From: Tubiluchus corallicola
Taxonomy: Eukaryota > Animalia > Priapulida
Assembly: GCA_030141605.1 (NCBI GenBank)
Contig: JAQGDQ010000643.1
Span: forward strand, 1-64,000
Reading direction: 5' to 3'
Length of the DNA stretch: 64,000 nt
In this document: one piece after another, positions 27,765 through 42,400 of the stretch
Numbering within the stretch: position 1 is the stretch's first letter
How the letters are laid out: every line of letters starts with the position of its first letter
Notes under the pieces: model-generated
What the model saw: the letters and a program-made list of their open reading frames with translations, nothing else
Database searches by the model: none
Told to the model about the DNA's origin: nothing
Made by a program: the position numbers and the translations under genes

Positions 27765-29399
27765 ATCGTGTGTACACTATACAACAAAATTAGGCAAAAT
27801 TTACTTTTTATGTCGTCCTGCACAAATTAGTTTAGCATTTAGTCAAACTTGAATGCTGATGCAATCAAAGCAAATACAGCAGGCGCCATTTATTAGACAC
27901 GGTTACTAGAATCAGTCGCTTGACTCAAAAATATCTAGTAAGGGCTGTTCCTATTCAAATGTATATAAAAACTGTCAGTAATTGACTCAAATAACTCCGC
28001 ATAATTGACTCAATATTTTTTCTTCACATACTTAAAATAAGACACTTGTGTGTGACCAAAGAGGTTTTACTACTTTTACGCCATCTTTACTTTGCTTTTG
28101 TGCACTATAATATACATAGAAACAGTCATGTTAAGTACAGCATTGTTTGTAAGCAGGTACACTTATCATATGCACTAACATGTTAGCGTAGCGGTTTTGC
28201 TTTGAACCTGTCGCCCGCTGGTCCGCTGCAATTAACCTCGTTGTTTCTGGAAGTTAAACATTTAATGCCCAGTGGTTTGCTTTTGAAGTTCCCCGTTTTT
28301 CACAAGGTCATCACCAACGGTATCTCAAGCACTAGGGGACTAGGTGTTTTGTATAAATACATGCAGTATACAGCAACAGATTTTCAATGTTTTTATCAGT
28401 ATGAGAATTTTATCAACCAACTTCTTTATGAAGCCTTGCACGAATTTTTGTAATTTTTAGTGGTAATAAATCTGATTTGTGCGACATTTTCATTTTTTTT
28501 TACTTTAATTCTTTTCTAAAATTCATTTATGGATTCATTTAACGATTTTGCAATGCATGTCACGACTCATACTTCTATAGCAATAATAGGCTACATCTGT
28601 CGGCTAATTGGTTCAGTCATTTAATTCGGTCAAAATACTTTCATCCCAAAGCGAGTCTATTAAGCGGCGCCTACTGTAGCTCATATCTAACCAACAACTT
28701 GTGACCTGTAAGTCAACACATGTAAATAAAAATGTAAATTCATATACTCTATGACTGCTTTGTTTATAGTCTTATTTACATACCTATAAAGAGTTAAATA
28801 CTGAACAACAATATGGGATAATGCAAGCAAAAAATTTATTACCAATTTGCAGGCATTTATGTAAATTTTCATACTACGTTAAACAAATAGTAACAAACAT
28901 CTTATAATCTCAGATAATCTTGTATAAACTTAATTAGTATTTTACAGAAAAGCAAAATTCGATGAAAATCTGCAACTTTTTCACATAGGTATCAGGAATA
29001 CTACACCGTATGATGATTTAAGCATCGGAAATTTAGCAAAAAACAAACAACGAAATTGTAATTGTGAAATGTATAAACACAATATTATAATACAGCAATA
29101 AGAAATGTCATCAAAAACCAGCTCCCACACTGATTTTAAATAATTTAATAACTAAATATGATTAATATGACTAAATATGATTAATTAAAATATTTTAATT
29201 AGACATTTGACACAGCAGCAAAGGTGACAGTCACAATCACAGCAGCCAAGAAATTTATTGCTTTACAGTAAACAGATGACGGTGTATGCTCTATTACATT
29301 GCTTGGCAGCTAGACTCGTTATCATCTGCAATAAATGAAAAGGCAATGTAGCCTAGACTTCCCATGGGGCAAAATCACCATTAACACTTAGTCAAAGTT

Positions 29400-29900
29400 T
29401 ACTATGACCAATTTAGATCAGCCATTCATAAGTGTTTGCAAGAAACACTCCAATCGACTCTGAAAGAATATGGGATTGTATTACTGGGAAACTTCAAGGC
29501 AAGAGTTGGTGATAGTCGAGAAATTGAGGGACCTGCCTTAGGGCCTTTTGGCAGAGGAAACTGTAACGACAATGGACAGAGGTTATTCATTTGTAAAAGT
29601 TTAAGACCAAGCTCGAGTTTTCGGGATTTTCATCATACTGTACCCTGATTGCATCAGATTCTTTGTTGATTGCATCATACTGCTAGTGGTTTGAAACAGT
29701 ATCTTGAAACAGAAACGTGTCTTTAGAACGCAAATAAAACCTATGAAATGCAGCAGTTAGTTGACATGAGACACATGAAAGGCTTCTACCGACGTTCTAA
29801 AGACACTCAGCGGCCCAGCATCTGCCTATTTTGTTCCAGTAAAAACAAAAGCTAATACGCATTAACAGATAAGGCTGATGTTTTACGTTCAATTACATTT
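29400..29900 (+). mobile_element. Decayed LINE (RTE/CR1-like) endonuclease fragment
   Basis: Translation IVLLGNFKARVG...GPFGRGNCNDNGQRL resembles the GDFNARVG and N-NG-RLL motifs of APE domains; frames are broken. Confidence 0.6.
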
Positions 29901-30450
29901 TTTTCCAAAAGTTGACCACCACCATTCCTTGAAGTTCTCAGTCTCAGAAGATAATTAAACACACAGAAAGAAAAATAACTGGGTAGTGTAAATTGTGTGT
30001 TAAAAATATTTTGAATTATTTCGAGTAGATTTGGAAAGAAAGGGTATCCTTTTTATTAATTTTTTGAGTTTAATCAGACCTGGCAAACGATGTTGTGATT
30101 ACTGTTATATACTGTCTGCCATGTTTCCAATTCTGGTGCTTCTTTGCTGTACGAAAACATAAATTTTAGATAATCTAATCTAAAATTTTTTTGTGCCATT
30201 TCATGTTTTGTCAACAGTTATTTAAGTAATGATAATATGAAGTCAGACAAAATTATTATATTTTGTTAATAAATGGCAGACTTGTAGTTGTCTTTGTCTG
30301 ACATTTGACACAGTGAACGTATTACGATTTACAAAAGTAGATTTGTTTACGTAAGAATCAATATGAAGTATTGGTTGTGACAACCTAAAGCATTACTGGA
30401 ATAGTGAACGAATGCAGCCGCCTATGTGAGCTCACACATAAAATCAATAC

Positions 30451-33400
30451 TTAATCAAATGAAATGAGCTGAGCTTCGGAACCTTGCTGCTGCTGTTGTT
30501 GTTGCTGCTGCTGCTGTTGATGCTGTACTGGTACTGCCTGTCCGTACATCATTTGCGGAAGAGCTGACCCACTGCCCGACACATGCAGGCCTTGTTGCGG
30601 TGCAGGTCCTGGCGGTCCTTGCCCCGGAGGCACCTGTGCTGGATGCCCTACCTGACCTTGTGGTGGAGGCATTTGACCCGGATGACCTTGCATCTGCCCG
30701 GGATGGCTCTGTGGTACCTGCCCAGGATGCACTTGTCCTGGTACCATGTGTGGTGTAGGTTGACCAGCATGTGGTGGCATTTGACCTTGTGGCGGCATTG
30801 GTTGGCCGGGGCCCATTTGACCTTGAGAAGCAGTTTGTCCAGGATGTCCCACCGGTGCGGCTTGCATCTGCGGAGCCACTTGTCCCTGCGTTTGTCCGGG
30901 AATGGTTTGCGGCGGTGGCATTTGGCCTGGGTGGCCTTGGGGAATGCCTTGTGGCTGTTGTCCTTGCATCATCATTGGAACTTGAGGTCCTCCATACTGA
31001 CCGCTAGGTGGCACTGTCTGTGCCGAACCAGCAGACACCATTCCTTAAATGCATGAATTAAATGAATTACCCGAAATACATGAATTAAAAAGCGATTTTT
31101 CACTAGAAATCAATAATGCACAACTGCACAAACTACTTTAGTGTCACTAATCTGCAAAACAATCAGAGGTTCTCCATAATTAATGTATGAAAGCAGAGAA
31201 CATTACAGAAACTTTAAGGTTGTATAAAAAATGGCTAAACAGCAGTTGACAGAATATGAAAAGATCAACTATGAAAATTCTCATCTTGTAGTTTCGGTAG
31301 TCACATCTGACACACAAAACAAAAGGATTAGAAAACACAAAACAAGACAAAGCAAACTGCTTTTCAGGGATGACGACCCAAGGTGGTGAAGGCACAGTAT
31401 GTGGAAAGAAAGTACAAATCAACAAAGCTTGTAGTTTCGGTAGTCACATCTGACACACAAAACAAAAGGATTAGAACCACAAAACAAGACAAAGCAAACT
31501 GCTTTTACGGGATGACGACCCAAGGTGGTGAAGGCACAGTATATGACAAGAAAGTGCAAATCAACAAAGCTTGTAGTTTTGTTATAAAAAAATCAAACAA
31601 GCAAGAGAGGAGAGGTAAAAGAAATGAAGACAAAAATGAGTGGATTCCTCAAAAGAGACATAAGTTGGAAATTGTGTAGGAAAGGTGTAAGGTAAGACAG
31701 AGTACTGTGGCAAACTATGTAATTGTAAGACCTTGCACACTGTATGCTGGCATGGGCCCAGCTTGAGTACTGTATCCAAGAGACTGATAAGGCGGCGGCA
31801 GCGGTGCGTATCCTCCTACATGGTGTCCATACGCCATTTGTGCCTGGTCATAACCGGCTAAAATAAATCGAGCCAAAATGTCTTCAATAGATTTCAATTA
31901 CGAATGAATAGAATACATTACTGGGCATTGTTTACGTTCGTTGGTTCTCCAGCAAGTCCTCATTGCTGCATTGATTTTTTTTACCCGGAGATGTGTGTTG
32001 GTGCAAATAAAGTTGACTTATGCAAATCAGTGCACAACACTTGAGCAACGTGTTGCTCAAATAAATTTACAAGACAAGTTTTCAGTTAGCATCAGTGAGC
32101 AACATGTGTTGCTCAAATAAGTTTACAAGACAAGTTTTCAGTTAGCATCAGTGAGCATCACTTGAGCAACATGTGTTGCTCAAATAAGTTTACTAGACAA
32201 GTTTTCAGTTAGCATCAGTGAGCAACACTTGAGCAACATGTGTTGCTCAAATAAGTTTACTAGACAAGTTTTCAGTTAGCATCAGTGAGCAACACTTGAG
32301 CAACATGTGTTGCTCAAATAAGTTTACTAGACAAGTTTTCAGTTAGCATCAGTGAATGAATAACTTTGTACGCAAAATTCTGAATTTCAAACAGTAGAAT
32401 GCAAGAACCATGTTATATAGCTAGTTTGATAGCTGTAACCAAGCAGAGTCATTTTAGTACTGACCGACTAAAAATAACTAATAATTATGTACCGTGAAAA
32501 GTACCATATTTGGAACAGTACGACAGATTAAATTCAAGAACAATGGCCAAAAAAGCTGAACAACATTGCTTGCGCTTTGAAATAGGGAACAATTAAATGT
32601 ACAACAATTTCACAAATTTTTAAGCTTTTGTCAATTCAGGTAATTTCTTTTACCAAGGCTTCACAGGGACAGATATTTTTTACTACAAAATTTCTCCCTC
32701 TTAACCACAACCCTAGATACATAAAAAAACACTGATCAAATATTGTCTCGAAACACAAAAATTGTTAATTAATCTGATTTGGCAACACTAGGTAATTCAT
32801 TCCCTAAATAAAAACTAGGTCAATTTATTTAGGGAAATAAACAATAAAAAGAAAACTGGTTTTTCTGACGATTGAGACAAGGGCAGCAATACATTTTTTC
32901 ATGAGACAAGATGCAGATCATGCAGAATTTTGACATCAACTCAGGGGCTAATAAAATTGTTCGCCTGAACTTGAAAAACAAAAATGTATTTCATGTTGTC
33001 GCTTGACATTTACATTTCTGTTTGGTTTGCATCAATAACGTTGTTGTTACCTAGGGAACAGAAACCCAGAAATAAATCGGCAAAATGTGCATTGATAATG
33101 CAACTCATGTTAGTATGTAGACTACGCTGTATGTAGACTTACCACCCATGTGTTGAGGAGATGATCCGGGTGGAAGGGAAAATTGTGGAAATTGTCCATA
33201 TTGCTGCCGCATGGCGTACTGATGCTTCTGCTGCTCGATCCTCATCTGCATCTCTCGTTCCTGCTCCTGCATGCGCTGCAGAGCAATCTGACGCTGGTAT
33301 TCCAAATATTCCTATGACAACAGGTATGATCAATATAACATTCATATTACTTACTTAGGTATATGGAGGTGGTGAGGACGTTTAATCAAATGTGGATGAA

Positions 33401-36400
33401 AATGACATTCTGAAAAGCAAAGAGCCTTTCAAGGTCATTTAGAAATGAAGTGACAATTTCTGTTGCTTCAAGAAAAAATTTAACACTAATGCCCTTTTGT
33501 TAAATTCAATTTTTTTCTTTGCTCGATGATGGGCAGAGGAGTTGTGCGTGCGAATGAGTTTAATATTGAATAGGAGCAACAACATGCAGAATGAAGAAAA
33601 ATACTTTTCATTTTGTCCCTCAACATATTGAACAGAGAAGCATTTACATGCGTCACGTTGAGCAACGTTGGCGGTGACATTCTACGGAACAGAGAAGCAT
33701 TTACATGCGTCACGTGAGCACCCTTGGCGGTGACATTCTATGGAACAGAGAACCATTTACATGTGTCACGTAAGCAACCTTGGCGGTGACATTCCACGGA
33801 ACAGAGAACCATTTACATGTGTCACGTAAGCAACCTTGGCGGTGACATTCTACGGACAGAGAAGCATTTACATGCGTCACGTGAGCAACCTTGGCGGTGA
33901 CATTCTACGGAACAGAGAACCATTTACATGTGTCACGTAAGCAACCTTGGCGGTGACATTCTACGGACAGAGAAGCATTTACATGCGTCACGTGAGCAAC
34001 CTTGGCGGTGACATTCTACGGAACAGAGAACCATTTACATGTGTCACGTAAGCAACCTTGGCGGTGACATTCCACGGAACAGAGAACCATTTACATGTGT
34101 CACGTAAGCAACCTTGGCGGTGACATTCCACGGAACAGAGAACCATTTACATGTGTCACGTAAGCAACCTTGGCGGTGACATTCTACGGACAGAGAAGCA
34201 TTTACATGTGTCACGTGAGTGACCTTGGCGGTGACATTCTACGGAACAGAGAACCATTTACATGTGTCACGTAAGCAACCTTGGCGGTGACATTCTACGG
34301 ACAGAGAAGCATTTACATGCGTCATGTGAGCAACTTTGGTGGTGACATTCTACGGAACTGAGAAATGTTCAGGGTAAAAATCTGATCATTTGAATATAAT
34401 AATTAACACGTCAGCTAAGAAAAAACTATACCACTAGGAACATAAAAAATTATTTATGCATGTCTCCACCAGGGGAGTAAAACATTTACAGCATCAGGAA
34501 ATATAAAACTTAGCCTTAATATCTGAAGTGTGTAAAATACTCACCTGTTTCTTTTGTCTCATGACAGCCAGTTTTTGTGCCATCTGTATCTGCCGCTGTC
34601 TTTCCGCCTCCTCGGCTTCGCGTCGCTTCTTCTCTCTGTACTCCTCCCGTAACGAGTCGAGAGCCTCCCGAGCTGCATTCAGCTGTGTAAGCTTGTCTTG
34701 CAGACCTTCGTAATAAGCTGTATAAATCAACCAAAAAAAACCACTAATTAACTAGTTGAAGCCTGTGTGAGCCAAATGAGTCAACAAAAAACTTCAAGTT
34801 CCTAACCCTAACATTCTTAATTGCAGCTGTTTGCAAACCCAGTTTTTTCTCCCTGGCTTCTTATTTGTGAAATTCACTAATAGAAAATTGTTTCTCTGGT
34901 AACTAAAACTCAGCACCTCCAGAAAATTATTAACAGGTGTTCTCTTATCACTCTCACTAGTTTACGAGAATTGCATCTTTCTGGACATCCATGTATCCAT
35001 GGTATTACCTTCTTGGGAAGATTTGTGACACTGAGCAACTACAGACCTTTTTGGGAAGATTTGTGACACTGAGCAACTACAGACCTTTTTGGGAAGATTT
35101 GTGACACTGAGCAACTACAGACCTTTTTGGGAAGATTTGTGACACTGAGCAACTACAAACCTTTTTGGGAAGATTTGTGACACTGAGCAACTACAGACCT
35201 TTTTGGGATGATTTGTGATACTGAGCAACTACAGACCTTTTTGGGAAGATTTGTGACACTGAGCAACTACAAACCTTTTTGGGAAGATTTGTGACACTGA
35301 GCAACTACAGACCTTTTTGGGATGATTTGTGATACTGAGCAACTACAGACCTTTTTGGGAAGATTTGTGACACTGAGCAACTACAAACCTTTTTGGGAAG
35401 ATTTGTGACACTGAGCAACTACAGACCTTTTTGGGAAGATTTGTGACACTGAGCAACTACAGACCTTTTTGGGTTGATTTGTGACACTGAGCAACTACAG
35501 ACCTTTTTGGGATAATTTGTGACACTGAGCAACTACAGACCTTTTTGGGGTGATTTGTACATAAATTTCAAGCAACAGTAAAGTAAGAGACATACATCTT
35601 GCCTCGTCCTGCTCTTGAATATACTTCAACAGCTGTGGATGCATGGCGCTGATCGTCATGAACAGCGACTGTACCGTCGTGTCATTGCCGATGTGTCGTC
35701 CACGGCTAGAATTACTCTTCATGCGGTTGACGAAGATCTCGATGCTGCGACGTAGAGCGCTCGTGAACTCCTCCACGTCTTCTACTTCACCGTTCTGGAA
35801 CTTCTGCAATAACAGGTAATTATGCACTAGCTGCTGAGCAGTTTGCATGTATTTATATTTTACATCAACACGTCACATCTGCATCAACATTTTACAACAA
35901 TTTTTCAAAACCAAAAAACATACACAACTTTCTTTACTTTTCAATGAATAAGCACGCAGATAAAGTCGAAACTGTGTGCTATAGTAAATGCTCTTAGTCT
36001 GTTTAGCAATGATCAATAATGCGCGGACATTCCAGATACTTCTGTCTGCCACCTCTCACATGATAGTAGGCTAGCACAACTTACTTACATGTACAACCTA
36101 TAACACTGTAGAAGGACGGGTGACAACAATGCCTGGAACAGCCGAGAAATTTATCAAACTCAAAGACAATGGATGTTCCAAATAGCGGGCAGCACAGGGA
36201 GTAGAAAATGAACTTCGAAATACACCCCTCCCGTTTCATCTAGTAACCATCTCTCCCAACAAAACCCTCAGCATTTTGTAGACCGTTTCGTCCTCTTTCT
36301 GCAAGTGTGCTTATTTTTTTCCCAGCATGCCCAAACAGTTGCACAAATATAGTTTTTCTAGAGGCTGTTTGAGCAGTTTGTTCATTCAATCAAAAAAGTC

Positions 36401-39400
36401 CAGAAAAGCTTCTTAACCTTGTATGAATTTAAATTATGTTAGCAACTTAAGTTTTGGTGAATGAAAATAAATTGCTACAGAAATCTTGAACACATCAGCA
36501 ACACGGCAAGTTGGAAAATAACGCAGAAAAACCTTCGCATACGAAAGTGCATTGTACAGCATTGAACCGATGAACAAATGTCAGACAAGACTAGTACAAT
36601 GAAGCACAGTGTCTTAATATTATATTTTATTTTAGTTGTTATTTTCATGCTGAAGAAATATGAAGTTATAGAACTGTAAGGTTGTTGTAAAACCCAATCA
36701 AAGTGCCAACGTATCGAGAAGTAATGTTTCAGAAAAAAGCTTATACAGTATGGCTTACAACTAGTAGACATGTGGTAATTCTGCAATTTATATTAAAAAT
36801 GCTAAACCGTTTTTCTAACTTGCCTACTGATTTGCACTACTCACACACCGAGGAGAGATGAGGACTCTAGTTATCTAACCACAGTTCATTTGAGAAAATT
36901 GTGCGCATCCCATTAATTCAGCTACAAGAACTGCACAAACTAATGCATAACTGATGCATAACTAATGCATAGTGAAACATTAACTGAAATATAGCCTAAA
37001 AATCTTCCCGATCTTTTTACAAAATTCATTAGACTTCTGCTAGCGATCTAAGGTCACAGTTGTACTAATTTTAGTAGAATGTGTGCCAGTAGCTCTACGT
37101 GCAATAACGACAGCTAAATACAGTGGAGATCAAAGAAAATTGTCATAAATAGATAACCAGTACCTCTTGAATGGTCTTAACTGCTGGTGGACCTGTGTCG
37201 ATCTTCTTCACTTCGGTTTCGCCCTTCTCTTCATTCGTAGGAGCAGAGGGGCTGCTGTTTGGCTTCATCTCGCCACGCTTCTGTTCCCAGTAGTGACGGT
37301 TCAAGTATTTAGCAAGTTCTGGATCCATTTCTGGCAGAGAATCCATCGATGGCGCCGACTCCTAGTAAGACGTGAATATTTTTGTGGCTTCATAAATTCA
37401 TGAACCTTGTAGCTACCACAACATGATTTCATTAAATAATAGTATTACTCTTTTTGTGACACTAATGCGTGTAATAAATTGAAATTGCTGAACTACGAAA
37501 AGAATCAAATTTAGGATATAATTAAAGCTAAGAGATAAAGGTTTTCTGCCTGATGTACTTTGATCACAAAACTAATCATTTACATTTTTGCCAGATTCAC
37601 AGCAATTTAAACATACTTAGGGCATAAGAAACCATGAGTACTTTAAAATCACAGGATAATGTAAAATCAGAGCAAACAAAAGTTCCAGGGACTGCTATGT
37701 ATAAGTATGTAGGTTACTTACGGCGGGAACAGTTGCTCCGCTAGCAGGTGACGTTGACAAAATTGCACTCGTTTGTTTCTAAAAATGTGAAAGAAATTGT
37801 AAATTTCATCTACAGGCCAACAATTTATAAAATGCTTCAAAATACTTTGTTGCTACAGTAATTTCAAATAAAATTGCTAAGGTTTTTATGCATATTTACA
37901 ATCTTAACATCGTGTAACTTATTGGAACCTTAACAAACAAAAGCACGTAGTTTTTTCACTCATGGATATTTGTAGTTCCAACACATTACCAATGCATAAG
38001 AAACAAGTATTTTGCAGCAGGTGAATGTCTCACACATTTGAGCCAAGTGAAGATTGTAATACAGCATTACTGAATAATGTCCGCAAAGTATTTTGCACTA
38101 GATCAATGTTTCACACATTTGTGCCAAGTGAAGATTGTAATAGAGCATTACTGAATAACTAGCAAAGGCCTCGCAAAAAATTTTGCGTATAAATACACTT
38201 ATAATCAAAAATACGCGAACATCCTACATAGTCCTCATTTATAACACAAAGCGAGCTGCAGCTTTTACTCAATTAAAGTTATAAGCCTATAGACAGAGTA
38301 TAATGGATGACGTCAGAACAATGGCTTTGCGTCAGCAGTTTTCCAAGCGAAAATTGCCGAAAATAGAACATCTAATTAACTCGTCGGTACTCCTCTTGGT
38401 GGACATGTACTAAAATATAGCCCTGTTCTTCCTCTTTCTAAAGAGCTGTATATCTCCTTTCGAGAGTCCCACCAGGCACTGCTATAATGTTTTTTCCGCA
38501 GGCTGTTTGGTCAAAATTTCGAAAAAATCGCGAGTTGGGTCCGGGAAAACGTCCGTTACGGGACGCCGTGGCCCTCTCGCGAATTCTAAATATGCCTACT
38601 ACACCCATCACTGAACGGGCTATCTATCCATAGCCAACACCACCCATGGCCCGTTCCCGTTCTTCAGATTTCAACGTATAAGTTTTACAAAAAACGGCCG
38701 ATAAATGGCCATTTTGGAGGTTTTTCGCCCCCCGCCCCTCCCGGTGGGCCCGATTCGAAAAATAAACCCCCAATGGCACGACACTAGATCGAGACCTTTC
38801 ATTTGATGTATAGATTGCCGCAAATGCTGCCGTCGTCCGAGCTGTAGCCTCAAATCTTATATATATATATATATACCAGCAGAATTAATATATACGATGT
38901 CCGCAAAGTATTTTGCACCAGATCAATGTTTCACACATTTGTGCCAAGTGAAGATTGTAATAGAGCATTGCTGAATAATGTCCGCAAAGTATTTTGCACC
39001 AGATCAATGTTTCACACATTTGTGCCAAGTGAAGATTGTAATACAGCATTACTGAATAATATCCGCAAAGTATTTTGCACCAGATCAATGTTTCACACAT
39101 TTGTGCCAAGTGAAGATTGTAATACAGCATTACTGAATAATGTCCGCAAAGTATTTTGCACCAGGTCAATGTTTCACACATTTGTGCCAAGTGAAGATTG
39201 TAATAGAGCATTACTGAATAATATCCGCAAAGTATTTTGCACCAGGTCAATGTTTCACACATTTGTCCCAAGTGAAGATTGTAATACAGCATTACTGAAT
39301 AATGTCCGCAAAGTATTTTGGCGATGACTGCCAACGCAAAAGTATAAATTCTACCACGACCAATATGGGCCTATAATACTTCTGAGAACCAGTCTTTATT

Positions 39401-42400
39401 TGATGATTAGACAAGCTGTCCACTATGGTTCCCTAGGGTATCAACACATTTGATGCATCAAAACAGTTATTTATGATTATAATATTTTATTCTACAAATA
39501 TGACATCTCACCATACCATTTGATAACTGCTAATCTAGTAATATTTCGAATTTATACCACCATATACGACGATCTATTATACATCGATGTATTCCCTTAG
39601 CGCAATGAAGTAATCTCGCATCAAAAAATTAAATCTGTACACTTTAGTATAAAAATACTGATACTAGTGGTGGAACCATGCGGAAACCCACCGTCTACTG
39701 TGAAATCACTTTTTCTAACAATCGCTCAAAAAGCCTCGTGCTAAGATTAAGCAATATCGGAAATGACGAATTGAAAGGTTGAAATTTCACAAAAATTTGA
39801 CGACTTCAGATAGTTTGCACGACTCCGCAAAAACACTATCCCATTTAAAATATAGGGAATGACAAATCATAGATAATAGGTAGTAAGGTGAACTCAGTCA
39901 CAGTTACACAAAGAAACACAAAACTTTGAGCTAATAAATTATCAAGCTCTTTGCTGACTGCATGATTTGGTGAACAGTCTCAATGTCATGTCTAGCATGT
40001 GTTCTACCGATCTGCCCATCTTTTGCACGATGAGCATTTCAGTGAAGCAGACAATGTTGCTCACTTAAGTGTGTTTCACCGAAAATATATAAAAATGAAA
40101 ATATGCAGAGATAACATCCCTTTCCAGATTTTTAAAAACTTAGACAGCGGATCATTTTCGAGTTGTGGTCCGAAACCGGGTTGTGCTTTCCTCTAAATTC
40201 TCTTTCACTTTCACTCTGTATCACTTTCTACCTGCTTGCCGTTAATAATCACATTGTCAGCTAGCATGAAAATGCAACATTGACTTACCTTCTTGGTTTG
40301 CTCCTTGCTCTCGGCTTCACTTTTAGAGAGGGCAATAGCGAGTGCCAGTTCCTCTTCCTCCTGAAGTTCTTGCTCTGTTTTACTTGGTGTAGTCTGAAAA
40401 CCCACGAAGCGCATGAATTACTTCAAAGACACAATCATAATGGCAAAAGCAATTAGACACAGACTCAGTTTCTTGATATTATACAAAAGATATATGTGAG
40501 AAATTGCTTTTGGACAGTTTAAAAGTTTAACAACATATATTTACAGCATCAAGCATTAAAAACCTAAATGACAACACTCAAAGATAGTTAACGTAATGAC
40601 AAATGACTCACAGCATTAAAAGCTTTAATGTCTGAAGGTAAAAATAAGAACTTTCATCCTGCTCTAAGTGTGACATTTAACAAACACTTAAGGTCTAGCA
40701 TTATCTGCCATAATTTTACTTTGCAGGAGCAGAATGCAATTTTTGTAAAATCACGCACGATAGCAACAATTTTTCAATTGTCTGTACAGGGAATTTTTTT
40801 ATGAAGTATATTATATTAATTTCTAGTCAGCAGCAGACTAACTAGCTTAACTTTAGGAATTCTCACATTTTCCAGAACATCTACAATAATATCTAAAACT
40901 AGCAAAGGCCACGCAAAATGTTTTACATATAAATGCACTTATATTGCGCAAACGTTCTACATAGTGCTCGTTTACAGTAGCAGCTTTTACTGTATATGTA
41001 TATGTATACAGAAGTAAGAACAGAAACGAGCATTAGTGCATACGTATATTTAATTTCGGGGGTATGGCTCAATATATTTATTTATTATACGTGTATATGT
41101 TTATATAGAATACATCTATATATATATGTATATTATATTGTTACTATTATATTATGTTATGTTACGTTACATTACATTATATTATATTAAGCCCACAGAG
41201 ATATACTCATGCTAGTTTCTGTTCTTCTGTACCATTTTATTTTATGCTGAATAAGCATAATGCTGCAATATGTAGCACTGTACACTGATATCGTGCAAAT
41301 GCCAAATTGGTTTGCATGCAACAGATATAAATAACATGCAACCATGCATTAATAAGTCTTAAACAGTTAATAAACAGCCAAAAGTTGCAACAAATAATCT
41401 GGACAGGAAACTGTAAAGATTTTATACTAAGTTGTACAAATTTAAAGAAAAGTTATGAAGGTAAATGATAATTTTACAAAATTTACACGTGGCAAAATCA
41501 TGCAGTTGTAAAGCAAGGAGTTACCTTAGCTTTTGGAGAACTTTGTGGAATCCGTACCTTGAGAAAATTTACAACAGAGTGAACCTCACCAGAGATTAAT
41601 AACATATGCAATTGTGTATGTTACGCTACTAGTATTTAGTACAAAAATTTTAACCACTAGACAGTGAAAAAAACAGTTAAAGGAAAATCCAGTCCTCGCA
41701 CAACATTTATTGCATTTTAATATAAAATGAAAAATATCGAAATCACAACACAATGTATGCGCTTAAGAATGCGAAAGATGTTTACCAAGCTGTGCACAAA
41801 GTATTTGCAGAATACGTTTAGTAAGGTATGATGCTAACATTAATGAAACTTCGAAGTCACACACCATGGTATCTTAGTATAAGAAAAATTTAACTAAAAT
41901 TATCAGCTACAATGTTCTACTTGCCTGTCTTGGATAAGCCATTGTTTTTGGATCCTATCTCTCATAAACACGAATGCTGGTATGACTATAGATGTCTATT
42001 TTCTATTCAAATCATTGCGTCACAGTTTTCAGTTGGTAGTTTCACAAATTGACAAAAACTTTATAATTTAGAATTCAAAAAAGGGCCAAAACAATGCGAA
42101 CAATCCAGCACTTGAGTAGCTTCCAAATGAACAAGATCAAAAACTTTGAGAACAATTGTGAGAGGAAAACAATGGTTTAACAATGCAGTTAGAAAATCCT
42201 GTGTATGAAGTTTTGAAAAATTTAGAGACTTGACAGGCAGCTTTCTAAAAATGCTTTAGAATGGGCCAACAGCAGGACAAGTGACTGAGTCCGATGCAGT
42301 ACTTGCACTTGATGAAATAGTTGGCCACATAATGAACATTAATATAGCTTCAGCTTCAAGTTCAGGCTTAATGCTTCAGATATTTTTGTCTCATTGCCAA

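Noticed and set aside
30583-31056. 157-aa plus-strand ORF
   Set aside because: Antisense shadow of the P/Q/G-rich last exon of HGS.
33630-35558. Regular repeats as CRISPR arrays
   Set aside because: The units are contiguous with no unique spacers, there are no cas genes, and they lie in eukaryotic introns.
38885-39334. 149-aa and 133-aa repetitive ORFs
   Set aside because: Artefacts of an 81-bp (multiple of 3) minisatellite.
40118-40192. Possible extra HGS exon ([24 protein letters not shown])
   Set aside because: No convincing donor site, and the gene model is complete without it.
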